This document shows positions 8,659 through 17,702 of a stretch of 64,000 nt of DNA, one piece after another (positions within the stretch are counted from its first letter, which is position 1; each line of letters opens with the position of its first letter). The position numbers were made by a program, and so were the translations under genes. Location: the NCBI GenBank assembly GCA_965223335.1, contig OZ244991.1:324137-388136 (forward strand), in the 5' to 3' direction. The stretch is from Thermodesulfobacteriota bacterium. Its GTDB lineage: Bacteria > Desulfobacterota_D > UBA1144 > Nemesobacterales > UBA2774. The notes below the pieces were generated by a model. That model was not told the DNA's origin and did not search any database. It worked only from the letters and a program-made list of their open reading frames with translations.

Positions 8659-9120
8659 ATGTTGGAAGATCTAAAGGTAAGAGACCTTATAGGCATAAGA
8701 GACAGAATATTCTTTGTGGAAGCAGAGGATAATGCTGACGTAGCGGCATTAAAACTAAGGAACTTTAACGTAAGGACCATAGGTGTTATGCACGAAGGTC
8801 AAATTGTGGGTGTTGTGGGTCAATCGGATTTTTCCACAAAAATCGTATCCGTTGGAAAGAACCCCTTGGACGTAAAAGTAAAAGATATCATGAGTACTAA
8901 ACTGCATACAGTCTCGTTGGATTCTTCGTTTATAGAGTGTCTGGACCTAATGGACTCGCATAATATATCTCACCTGTTTATATTAGATGAAGACGGTGAT
9001 TATCACGGGATGTTGTCGTGGAGAGACCTACAGCAAAGACTAGTAAAGGAACTCAAATACCAACTCAAGATGGCGCAGGAATATGCATTTGGGCCACACA
9101 TAAACGAAATGAGCAGTTAG
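8659..9120 (+). CDS. CBS-domain pair protein
   Basis: Two CBS-like units (..GVMHEGQIVGVVGQSDF.. and ..HLFILDEDGDYHGMLSWRDL..). ATG 8659 is preferred (AGGGGG 11 nt upstream). The track start is GTG 8647. Confidence 0.7.
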   Translation: MLEDLKVRDLIGIRDRIFFVEAEDNADVAALKLRNFNVRTIGVMHEGQIVGVVGQSDFSTKIVSVGKNPLDVKVKDIMSTKLHTVSLDSSFIECLDLMDSHNISHLFILDEDGDYHGMLSWRDLQQRLVKELKYQLKMAQEYAFGPHINEMSS

Positions 9121-9144
9121 ACCTCGGTTAAAAGGGAACTCACA

Positions 9145-9357
9145 TTGACAGACACAGAATCAACGGAATCAAAAGAAGCAAAACCCACCGAGAGCACCCA
9201 AGTTAAAAAAGGTTTAATGGAGCGGCGTCGGAGTTTCGCTCAATCGAGTGTACCAAATGCTCATAGGGGTTATAGCAAGAAAACCCCTGTGATAATGCTT
9301 ATAATCTATGCGGCTTTTTTCGTCATAAGCATTATTCTGGCAAAGCTCACAGCCTGA
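9145..9357 (+). CDS. Small hypothetical C-terminally TM-anchored protein
   Basis: 70-aa ORF with TTG start and no clear SD. Single C-terminal TM VIMLIIYAAFFVISIILAKL. Confidence 0.3.
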   Translation: MTDTESTESKEAKPTESTQVKKGLMERRRSFAQSSVPNAHRGYSKKTPVIMLIIYAAFFVISIILAKLTA

Positions 9358-9411
9358 TTAATAATTTCAGTAGTCCCCTGCCTAACTCACGAAGAAGTTG
9401 TACGCAAACTA

Positions 9412-10083
9412 CTAAAACTCTCTATCGAAAGAGGGTACTAGGATTAGGACATCTCTCGGCACAACACAAGGCGATTCGTTTGTACACCTTCCGTCGAACT
9501 CACCTATTACTAAGCTATCTTTACCGAACTCAACCCCAATCTGGGGCATGCTTAGACAAGGGCCGTTAAAAAACTGAGTGTTCGAAACCACCTCATTATT
9601 ATTGCAGGGATTTGTGACCACCCCTCCGCTCTCAAATATTTGAGAATTGTTTTTCTCGCATTCGTTAAGTCTGATATCGGTCATGTGGCCTCCGGGGTTT
9701 ATACGCACACTGAGGTCCGCATACCTTGGAGTACACACAAACTCAAAAGGCGAGAGGTCATCGGTCTGGGGAATGGGGGGCTCTTTGCCCAAGTCCGTGG
9801 ATAATGAAGCATCCACAACATCTATATCGTATAACTCTCCGTCCAAGATCATAGTACCCCCGCCACTTACAGATCCGTCTTCACGCGAGGCAAGTATGTT
9901 GATTGCTAGCACTATATCCAGGTTCTCCCCGATCCCGTTTGCATTGAAATCAGGGAGGTTTGCGGGGCTACCACCGTCACTATCAGCATCACTACCGCCA
10001 CCACCACAACCGTAAGTGTAGAGGCCGGGCCCGATTATAAAGCAGATTATCAACATAAACCTAGCGATAGTATCCCAACGCAT
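9412..10083 (-). CDS. Hypothetical lipoprotein
   Basis: Lipobox-like ..YTYGC followed by GGGGSDADSDGG linker. Multiple Cys. No recognised domain. Confidence 0.55.
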   Translation of the reverse strand: MRWDTIARFMLIICFIIGPGLYTYGCGGGGSDADSDGGSPANLPDFNANGIGENLDIVLAINILASREDGSVSGGGTMILDGELYDIDVVDASLSTDLGKEPPIPQTDDLSPFEFVCTPRYADLSVRINPGGHMTDIRLNECEKNNSQIFESGGVVTNPCNNNEVVSNTQFFNGPCLSMPQIGVEFGKDSLVIGEFDGRCTNESPCVVPRDVLILVPSFDREF

Positions 10084-10167
10084 CTCTCTAGAATATGTTA
10101 CGCATATCGAGTCGGATTTCTATATAGTATGGGGAAAAGAGTCGCTATTATGACCTGCCGCTTAAAG

Positions 10168-11988
10168 TCATGCCTGCTCCGAGAGCTCGTCGACCAGTGC
10201 AATTAACTGTTGACCGGGCTGTGGTTTAATGTTCTTATCCGAAGAGATCACCACAAGTTCTCTGTCCTCTTTCACTATAAAGAGTGGGATCGCGCTGTCT
10301 TTATACAACGCGAGGAATGAGTCGTAATCGAACTCATCTGTAAGCAGTGTCTTTTTAAGCACGGCACCTTCATCAAAACGATTTTCCAAATAAGAGTATG
10401 TAGCCTCAGTGTTAAACAACAGCCGTCCCCTCAGGTGTTTGGGGATGCTCTCTTCGCTCGTGGTCTTAAATTTAGACTGCTTGGGCAGCTGATAAACCCC
10501 GGCTCTGCCGAATATATCCAAGAAGTGCAATGCCGAGAGCGAGTTGATTTCGTCGTTTGATGTGAGTGCCATGAGCCTTCCCACTCCGCTAAACTCTATC
10601 TCGTCCATTACCTCTTCCGAGAGCACATTACCGAAATATGCCCTAAGACCCATCTGTCGCGATGACGACACATTTGACCAGTTTGAATCCAGCATAAGCA
10701 CCTCACAACCGCTGTCCTGCAACATCTTGCCGATACCCCTGGCCCATGAGTGTGCACCGACTATAAGTATCCCCTGGGGGTTGGGTGATGCCAATCCTAA
10801 GAGCTTGGCCACAGGGGCTGCTGTTAATCCATATAGCGCCACGGTGCCCGTAATAACCAGAAACGTCATAGGCACTATAACCTGTGCATTAGCATAGTCT
10901 GCCTCCACAAGTCTAAGCGCAAACACAGACGACACCGCGGCTGCAACTATCCCACGAGGTGCCATCCAAGATAAAAACAGCTTTTCTTTAAGCGCCGTCC
11001 CATTTCTAAGACTCGAAATAAACACAGACGCTGGTCTTACTATGAGCACCAGTATAAGGAGGAAAATAATGCTTTTTAGAGTGATTACCCCGTAGATATC
11101 CTCAAGGTTAAGCCCCGATGCGAGTATTATGAAAAGACTCGAGATAAGTAAAACCCTAAGGTTCTCTTTGAACTCTATTATGTGCTTTACGCTCACTACT
11201 TTTTGGTTGGCTAGTATGATACCCATCAATGTAACAGCCAATAACCCGCACTCCGTTTGGAAGTAATTAGATATGGTAAACACCGCTACAACCACCATTA
11301 GGGATACGGGGTTTTGTAAAAAATCAGGCACCCAATGGTATCTAAGCACAAGGATTAAGAGCTGTGCCCCGAGAAATCCTGTAGCCCCGCCTATGGCAAT
11401 GGATTTGATAACAATAAAGATCGTATGCCTGGTCGCCTCCCCTAGACCCCCTGCCAAAATGGCCTCAAACACAAGTAGTGCCAGGATGGCCCCGATAGGA
11501 TCAATTACAATCCCCTCCCACTTAATCACAGACCCCACCCTGCCACTGGGTCTAACGTGTCTAAGAAGTGGAATCACCACTGTGGGCCCAGTCACAACGA
11601 GTACAGCACCGAGTAGCGTTGATAGGCGGAGGTCTAATCCCAACACGAAATAGCTAGCAATTGTTGTAAAAACCCACGAGACCACCACCCCTATACTCAC
11701 AAGGTTCCTGACAATTACCCCCACCTCTTTTAGTTCCGAGAATTTAAGACTTAGCCCGCCCTCAAACAATATTATCGCCACAGACACAGAAACTATCGGC
11801 AGCAGCAGATTACCGAAAAGATCAACAGGCTTTATCCATCCCATAAAAGGCCCCGCTATGAAGCCCCCTATAAGCAGCAGCAGTATTGCAGGCAGCCCAA
11901 GACGCCATGCCAACCACTGAGCCCCGATTCCAAGTCCTATAATAAGCGCTAGTCCTATTAGATAAGTCTCAGCCAACGATCCCTCCAA
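10168..11988 (-). CDS. Na+/H+ (cation:proton) antiporter, CPA1/NhaP type, with C-terminal TrkA-C-like regulatory domain
   Basis: 606 aa. About 12 TM with typical Na_H_exchanger motifs (AILLLLIGGFIAGP, FEGGLSL, MAPRGIVAAAVS), then a soluble tail. Confidence 0.85.
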   Translation of the reverse strand: MEGSLAETYLIGLALIIGLGIGAQWLAWRLGLPAILLLLIGGFIAGPFMGWIKPVDLFGNLLLPIVSVSVAIILFEGGLSLKFSELKEVGVIVRNLVSIGVVVSWVFTTIASYFVLGLDLRLSTLLGAVLVVTGPTVVIPLLRHVRPSGRVGSVIKWEGIVIDPIGAILALLVFEAILAGGLGEATRHTIFIVIKSIAIGGATGFLGAQLLILVLRYHWVPDFLQNPVSLMVVVAVFTISNYFQTECGLLAVTLMGIILANQKVVSVKHIIEFKENLRVLLISSLFIILASGLNLEDIYGVITLKSIIFLLILVLIVRPASVFISSLRNGTALKEKLFLSWMAPRGIVAAAVSSVFALRLVEADYANAQVIVPMTFLVITGTVALYGLTAAPVAKLLGLASPNPQGILIVGAHSWARGIGKMLQDSGCEVLMLDSNWSNVSSSRQMGLRAYFGNVLSEEVMDEIEFSGVGRLMALTSNDEINSLSALHFLDIFGRAGVYQLPKQSKFKTTSEESIPKHLRGRLLFNTEATYSYLENRFDEGAVLKKTLLTDEFDYDSFLALYKDSAIPLFIVKEDRELVVISSDKNIKPQPGQQLIALVDELSEQA

Positions 11989-12170
11989 ACACTCGGTTCG
12001 AGCTATTCACAAATACAATAGTAAATGATCTAAGATGTAAGGTGCGACCCAGAGGTTAACCTTAAACTCTTAATTTTATCGCATATACTATATAAGATTT
12101 GAGGTTTCTATACTAGAGAATATAATCTCTCGTTGAGATTAACAATAACCAAAAAGGCAAGGATTGTCTC

Positions 12171-13487
12171 GTGACAGAGCAATATACTCACCACGTGGTT
12201 ATAATCGGGGGCGGTTTCGGGGGCCTATATGCCGCAAAGAAACTGTCACACCCCTCAATCAAAGTAACTCTAATAGACAAACGCAATTTTCACCTGTTTC
12301 AACCACTTCTCTATCAAGTAGCAGCGGGGTGGCTCTCACCCGGTGACATCGCCTCACCCCTCAGATCGGTCTTAAACGGCTACAAGAACATATATGTCAT
12401 AAAGGCAGAGGCACGAGACATCTTGCCCCGTGAGAAAAAGATCATGCTACGCGACGGCGAGTTGAGTTACGACAGTCTAATCGTGGCCACAGGCTCTACA
12501 CACCATTACTTCGGCAACGACCAGTGGTCCGCATACGCACCGGGATTAAAAACCGTGGAGGACGCCCTTACAATTCGCAGAAACATACTTCTCTCATTCG
12601 AAGCAGCCGAGAGAGAGCCCGACCCACTTAAACAGATGTCGTGGATGACTTTCATTATAGTGGGTGCCGGGCCCTCGGGAGTCGAGATGGCCGGCACTAT
12701 AGGCGAGTTGGCAACCACCACGCTTAGGGGTGATTTTAGAAATATCAATACCACAAGCGCTCGCATTATACTAATAGAGGGCCAAGACCGTGTGCTTCCC
12801 ACATATCCCCCCGACCTATCCGACGAGGCGCTCAAATCACTCAACCACCTAGGCGTTGAGATCCGTCTAAACACTATGGTCACAAATATTTCCCAATATA
12901 GGATCACCGTTGTTGAGAGCGGGGTTGAGGACTATATATCCTCTCGCACCGTGCTATGGACTGCGGGGGTTAAAGCCTCTGGTATGGGGAGGGTACTGGG
13001 TAAGGCCACAGGCTCGGAACTGGACAGTGTGGGAAGGGTGGTGGTGTCCGAGAATCTCACGGTCCCGGGCGAGCCCGATATATTTGTGATCGGTGATCTG
13101 GCACACTCACCAGATAAAAACGGTAACCCATTGCCCGGGGTAGCACCCGTGGCTATGCAGCAGGGCCTATATGTCGCAGAGCTTATCAAAAAACGGTTAG
13201 AGGGTAAAGAATCAGAACCCTTTGTCTACAAAGACAAGGGCAGTCTGTCTGTGATCGGCAGGAACAAGGCCGTGGCCGACTTAGGCGGATATCACCTATC
13301 CGGCTTTCTGGCATGGGTTATGTGGGTTTTTATTCACATTAGATATTTAATAGAATTCGACAACCAGTTAATAGTTCTCTTTAGGTGGGGTTGGAACTAC
13401 TTCACCAGGCGAAGAGGTGCAAGACTCATAACAGGGGACGATTTCTTCCCGCTCATAAACGATAAAAAACCCGATAAAAACCCATAA
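12171..13487 (+). CDS. ndh: Type II NADH dehydrogenase (NDH-2)
   Basis: Two dinucleotide folds (VVIIGGGFGGLYAAKKL and FIIVGAGPSGVEMAG), GDLA motif and C-terminal amphipathic segment. GTG start. Confidence 0.85.
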   Translation: MTEQYTHHVVIIGGGFGGLYAAKKLSHPSIKVTLIDKRNFHLFQPLLYQVAAGWLSPGDIASPLRSVLNGYKNIYVIKAEARDILPREKKIMLRDGELSYDSLIVATGSTHHYFGNDQWSAYAPGLKTVEDALTIRRNILLSFEAAEREPDPLKQMSWMTFIIVGAGPSGVEMAGTIGELATTTLRGDFRNINTTSARIILIEGQDRVLPTYPPDLSDEALKSLNHLGVEIRLNTMVTNISQYRITVVESGVEDYISSRTVLWTAGVKASGMGRVLGKATGSELDSVGRVVVSENLTVPGEPDIFVIGDLAHSPDKNGNPLPGVAPVAMQQGLYVAELIKKRLEGKESEPFVYKDKGSLSVIGRNKAVADLGGYHLSGFLAWVMWVFIHIRYLIEFDNQLIVLFRWGWNYFTRRRGARLITGDDFFPLINDKKPDKNP

Positions 13488-13564
13488 CTCACATAGCAGC
13501 CACCGATTAGTTTTAGATTCGAGACATATTCCATCTGTATTATTTATACAACAAATTTTATATC

Positions 13565-13594
13565 TTGCATTAAATACTTAAAGCATGATATAAT
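13565..13594 (+). promoter_or_regulatory. Sigma70-type promoter of the PilZ gene
   Basis: TTGCAT (13565-70), 18-nt spacer, TATAAT (13589-94) with extended TG at 13586-87. Confidence 0.5.
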
Positions 13595-13648
13595 GTTTTT
13601 CCGTGAGGGAGAAATGCATTAAATCACATTAATGCAAAGGAGAGTGGC

Positions 13649-14089
13649 ATGGCATCAATTTATAAACAGCAGTTACCTATCCAGGATAGCACTTATTCAG
13701 ATGAGGATCATAACTCGGGAATTGATCATGATAACAATAGGTACTCTATACGAGTTGAGTTTGAGAAGAGGATAAAATTTGGTTTTCCCCGTGCCAATAT
13801 ATCGGGATTTACGTTCGACCTTTCCCTAAACGGGGTAGGAATCAACTCCTATAGATCACTCCCGCCGGGCTCAATTATACTGATGAACATATACACAGGC
13901 GACCAAACCCACAGCCTCGAGGGCGAAATCATGTGGGTCCAGAAGGTAAAGCCGGGGGCTTTTATTCAAATGGGTGTAAAGTTCTTGAGCCGGACCGATA
14001 AAATCAGCCAAATCTATGAAAGAGAACTACTCATGACGCTCACCGATTTACACAATGAAGAGGATGAGTTATACCCACAAGCATCATAG
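13649..14089 (+). CDS. PilZ-domain protein (putative c-di-GMP receptor)
   Basis: RxxxR-like NRYSIRVEF... and D/NxSxxG element FDLSLNGVGINS are typical of PilZ. SD AAGGAG. Confidence 0.65.
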   Translation: MASIYKQQLPIQDSTYSDEDHNSGIDHDNNRYSIRVEFEKRIKFGFPRANISGFTFDLSLNGVGINSYRSLPPGSIILMNIYTGDQTHSLEGEIMWVQKVKPGAFIQMGVKFLSRTDKISQIYERELLMTLTDLHNEEDELYPQAS

Positions 14090-14204
14090 TTCCTAGCCAA
14101 GTCCACACACAGCTCTTACATACATTCCGAAGCCGACCGCACTGATCTTGAATGTTGACATAATCATTTGATCTCGGTACTTTATATGTTGAGGGAGAAT
14201 AGAA

Positions 14205-14450
14205 ATGTTTAATTTCGGTGCAACCGAGCTTATTATAATCTTGATTATAGTGCTTTTGATTTTTGGCCCGAGCCGGCTAGGCGACATAGGCTCTTCACTC
14301 GGTAAGGGGATCAAAGGTTTTAGGAAATCCATAAAAGATGATGAGATAGATGTAACCCCCGAGAAACAGGATACAAAGAAAGTAGAAAACAACGAATTCA
14401 GCTCACCCAGAAACTCTCTAGACAAAGAAGAATCCAAACATAGCCAATAA
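14205..14450 (+). CDS. tatA: Twin-arginine translocase subunit TatA/E
   Basis: MFNFGATELIIILIIVLLIFGPSRLGDIGSSLGKGIKGFRKSIKDDE, a canonical TatA N-terminus. Confidence 0.9.
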   Translation: MFNFGATELIIILIIVLLIFGPSRLGDIGSSLGKGIKGFRKSIKDDEIDVTPEKQDTKKVENNEFSSPRNSLDKEESKHSQ

Positions 14451-14561
14451 CCAACTGCTAAAGCTTTTGAGTCCATCTACATTCGAGTAGTATAGATTTA
14501 TATATTGTCCGAGAAAAATTATATTTGCTGCTCTATCACACGCTGTTTGCAAAAGGACTAG

Positions 14562-15002
14562 ATGGATAGTAAATCCATAGATTACCTGCTCAACTCAATA
14601 ATTGCGGTTTGCGCCTTAATTATAGTTATGACCGCCATGTTGGGGCTTTTTAACCCAGTTACCATTCTTCTTTTGGTACTCGGAATATACTTGCTCTTAT
14701 GGTCTGCGTGGACCATGACTTACGGCAAATTCAGAATTTCAGAGGATATCTCACGAAAAACAAGGCTCATGGCAAAGGGCCCCTATAGATACATACGTAA
14801 CCCTATCTATTCGAGCCTAATACTAATTACGCTATCGCTCATACTCACAGATCTGAATACACTGAGGGTTGTGGTGTGGTTAATAATGGTGGGTGTAACT
14901 ATGCTAAGTATAGACAGAACCGAAAAAAGGCTAGCCAAGGAGCTCTCGGACTACTCTCTTTATAAACAAAGAACCAAACGCATTATCCCTTATATATACT
15001 AA
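14562..15002 (+). CDS. Isoprenylcysteine carboxyl/phospholipid methyltransferase-family membrane protein
   Basis: 4 TM and the GPYRYIRNPIYSS motif of the ICMT/PEMT family. Confidence 0.7.
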   Translation: MDSKSIDYLLNSIIAVCALIIVMTAMLGLFNPVTILLLVLGIYLLLWSAWTMTYGKFRISEDISRKTRLMAKGPYRYIRNPIYSSLILITLSLILTDLNTLRVVVWLIMVGVTMLSIDRTEKRLAKELSDYSLYKQRTKRIIPYIY

Positions 15003-15003
15003 A

Positions 15004-16296
15004 TCAGCTCTCCCACACACCCATGTGCGGGTCCTGAAACGGGCATTTACCCAAAGTGATATGCTCCTCGAACTCGGACCTGAAGTTCTTTACGATGGAC
15101 TCAACAGGCATAGCACACCCGTCGGCAAGGGCACAGATCGTAGTACCCCGCATCTGTGAACAGGCATCAAGCAATGTGTCTATGTGGTTCATCCTGCCCC
15201 TCCCGTGCTCTATGTCCGTTAGCATCTTCTCTAACCACCACGTGCCTTCTCTGCATTGAACACACTGCCCACAGGACTCATCCCTGTAAAAATGCGCCAG
15301 GTTCTGTGCCACTCGCACCATGCAGGTCGTCTCATCCATCACCGTCACCCCTGCAGTGCCCAGCATAGATCCGAGTCCAGATAGTGTGTCGAAATCCATT
15401 GATATGTCGAGTTGATCCACGGTGAGTAGTGGTGCCGATGACCCGCCCGGTGACACTGCCTTCACAGCCCTACCTCCGGGGATCCCTCCCCCGTATTCAT
15501 ATATAAGCTCGCGAAGAGTAATGCCCAGCGGGAGTTCGTATAAGCCCGGTTTATTTATATCGCCGCAGAGGCCGAATATTTTTGTACCGGTATTTTTAGG
15601 AATTCCAATCGAGGAAAACCACTCGGCCCCCCTGTTTAGGATATGGGGCACACACGCTAGCGTCTCTACGTTGTTTACAATCGTAGGGCAGCCAAACAAT
15701 CCCACTTGCGCAGGGAATGGCGGCTTGGGACGGGGCTGGCCGTTTTTACCCTCTATCGATTCTATTAACCCTGTCTCTTCCCCGCATATATAAGCCCCGG
15801 CACCCCTAAACAACACAATATCCAGATCAAACCCCGAGTCCAAGATATTTGTACCCAGGTAGCCCCTTTGGTGAGCTTCGTCTATGGCTTGATTTATGAT
15901 TTTAGCACCGTAGGGCATCTCGCCCCTTATATATATGTATGCTTTATGGGAATTGAGCGCATAACAGGCAATGGCAATGCCCTCGAGCATTTGATGGGGA
16001 TCTCGTTCCAGGATCTCTTTGTCCTTAAAACTCCCGGGCTCACTCTCGTCTGCGTTACAACAAAGGTATATGGGTTTTTTAGAGTCCCTTTGAATAAACC
16101 CCCACTTAACTCCAGTGGGAAACCCCGCACCCCCACGCCCCCTGAGGCCCGACTGCTTAATAATCTCTATAATATTCTGGGGGTCCATCCCAAGTGCTTT
16201 GCGATAAGCTATATATCCCCCTGCGGACAAATAAGAATCTATAGTCTCTGAGTTCTCTCTGTCCAGGTAGTTTCGAATGATTCTGGTCTCTGGCAT
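15004..16296 (-). CDS. nuoF: NADH-quinone oxidoreductase subunit F-like flavoprotein (NuoF/51-kDa family)
   Basis: GLRGRGGAGFPTGVKW (FMN/NADH site), the 4Fe-4S ligand motif ESCGQCVQCREG, and a downstream Cys-containing stretch ICALADGC. No nuoE or nuoG is adjacent. Confidence 0.85.
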   Translation of the reverse strand: MPETRIIRNYLDRENSETIDSYLSAGGYIAYRKALGMDPQNIIEIIKQSGLRGRGGAGFPTGVKWGFIQRDSKKPIYLCCNADESEPGSFKDKEILERDPHQMLEGIAIACYALNSHKAYIYIRGEMPYGAKIINQAIDEAHQRGYLGTNILDSGFDLDIVLFRGAGAYICGEETGLIESIEGKNGQPRPKPPFPAQVGLFGCPTIVNNVETLACVPHILNRGAEWFSSIGIPKNTGTKIFGLCGDINKPGLYELPLGITLRELIYEYGGGIPGGRAVKAVSPGGSSAPLLTVDQLDISMDFDTLSGLGSMLGTAGVTVMDETTCMVRVAQNLAHFYRDESCGQCVQCREGTWWLEKMLTDIEHGRGRMNHIDTLLDACSQMRGTTICALADGCAMPVESIVKNFRSEFEEHITLGKCPFQDPHMGVWES

Positions 16297-16511
16297 CTAA
16301 GCAGTAATCCCCTATGTTATTAGTTATATCTTGGGGCAATATTGTAAATGGATAACAAACCTGTTGGCAAGTACAGAGGAGAAAAAACTATAATTAACTC
16401 GTAGAAGGTAAATGTTGATTAGCGAAAAATCGATTGACAATAAATATTCTGATGATAGGTTTTCTTAACGCTCCTGTATAATCAGGTGCTCTACAAGGTT
16501 TGAGAGATAGG

Positions 16512-17702
16512 ATGACAGAGCTAACAGATGTGATGATTATTGGGGGCGGGCCGAGCGGATTACACACTGCCAAGCTACTTTCCGAAAAAGGCGTCCGAGT
16601 AACCCTCTTCGACAAAGACAGTGAAATAGGTAAAGAGGTTGTGTGCTCGGGTGTTGTGAGCAAAGAGGCCTTTAGCAGGTACGACCTTCCTCAAAACGCC
16701 ATACTGGGAGCACTACAGTCAGCTGAGCTCAATTCCCCTAGCAGCATTAATATCGAATATCATCATCCCGAACAAGCCGTAGTTGTAGTGGATAGACATA
16801 AGTTCGATGCCACTCTCTCAGACTATGCCTCCGCATCAGGGGCAGAGATCAGGACAGGGAGCAGGGTATCGAGGTTAAATCTATGCAATGATTATGTCGA
16901 AGCGACTGTTACCCAGAACAGCATCCAATCAGCTATTAGAGCAAAAATAGCTGTTATAGCAACAGGTGTGAGTTTTAACCTTCAGAGCTCACTTGGTCTC
17001 GGCAGGCCCGAGAAAATCCTAAAAGGCATTCAAATTGAGGTAAAAGCCCCTCAAATAGATAAGTTACGTATTCACTGGGGCAGTAACGTATCGGACGGTT
17101 TTTTCGGCTGGGCGATCCCCATTGCCGAAGGCAGGACCCGTGTGGGTGTCATGACTGACGGCAATCCCACAAAGGGGCTACGCAATCTACTCTCCACGAT
17201 CGGCGACTATACCAATATTTGTACGGATCTGGGCAAAGTGAAGCGTCGGGGGATTGCGTTCGGAACAATAAATAAGAGTTTCAGTGACCGTGTTGTTGTA
17301 GTGGGTGAGGCTGCAGGACTTGTAAAGACAACGACAGGGGGTGGAATATACTATGGTCTCATAAGTGGCGAGATGGCTGCGGACACAATTTATATGGCGC
17401 TACAAAACGGTGATACCAGTGCAAAAACACTATCCAACTATGAAAAAATGTGGAAAAAGAGTATTGGCAACGAGATAAGCTTCGGTAAATACTTCCACAG
17501 GTTCTACTCAAAATTAGGTGATGATTCCGTAGATGCGCTATTTGAGGCCGCCGAAAAAGATAAATTGCTGTCCTTCATCGCAGAGCAAGGTAGTTTCGAT
17601 TGGCACAAAAACGCCGTAATAAGAATCCTGCAAAGCCCTAACATAAGAAAGGTACTGCTCTGGGACACCCTGCTCGGTGCTCGAAAAAGAGTATCAATCT
17701 AA
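16512..17702 (+). CDS. FAD-dependent oxidoreductase, geranylgeranyl reductase family
   Basis: DVMIIGGGPSGLHTAKLLSEKG Rossmann motif and GEAAGLVKTTTGGGIYYG. ATG 16512 is preferred over TTG 16500. Confidence 0.75.
   Translation: MTELTDVMIIGGGPSGLHTAKLLSEKGVRVTLFDKDSEIGKEVVCSGVVSKEAFSRYDLPQNAILGALQSAELNSPSSINIEYHHPEQAVVVVDRHKFDATLSDYASASGAEIRTGSRVSRLNLCNDYVEATVTQNSIQSAIRAKIAVIATGVSFNLQSSLGLGRPEKILKGIQIEVKAPQIDKLRIHWGSNVSDGFFGWAIPIAEGRTRVGVMTDGNPTKGLRNLLSTIGDYTNICTDLGKVKRRGIAFGTINKSFSDRVVVVGEAAGLVKTTTGGGIYYGLISGEMAADTIYMALQNGDTSAKTLSNYEKMWKKSIGNEISFGKYFHRFYSKLGDDSVDALFEAAEKDKLLSFIAEQGSFDWHKNAVIRILQSPNIRKVLLWDTLLGARKRVSI

Noticed and set aside
16434-16482. TTGACA and TATAAT hexamers upstream of the geranylgeranyl-reductase-like gene.
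   Set aside because: The hexamers are 37 nt apart, so they cannot form one sigma70 promoter. No properly spaced partner was found.
16394-16663. 89-aa minus-strand ORF across the nuoF/oxidoreductase divergent region.
   Set aside because: It overlaps the well-supported FAD-oxidoreductase N-terminus on the opposite strand and has no RBS.
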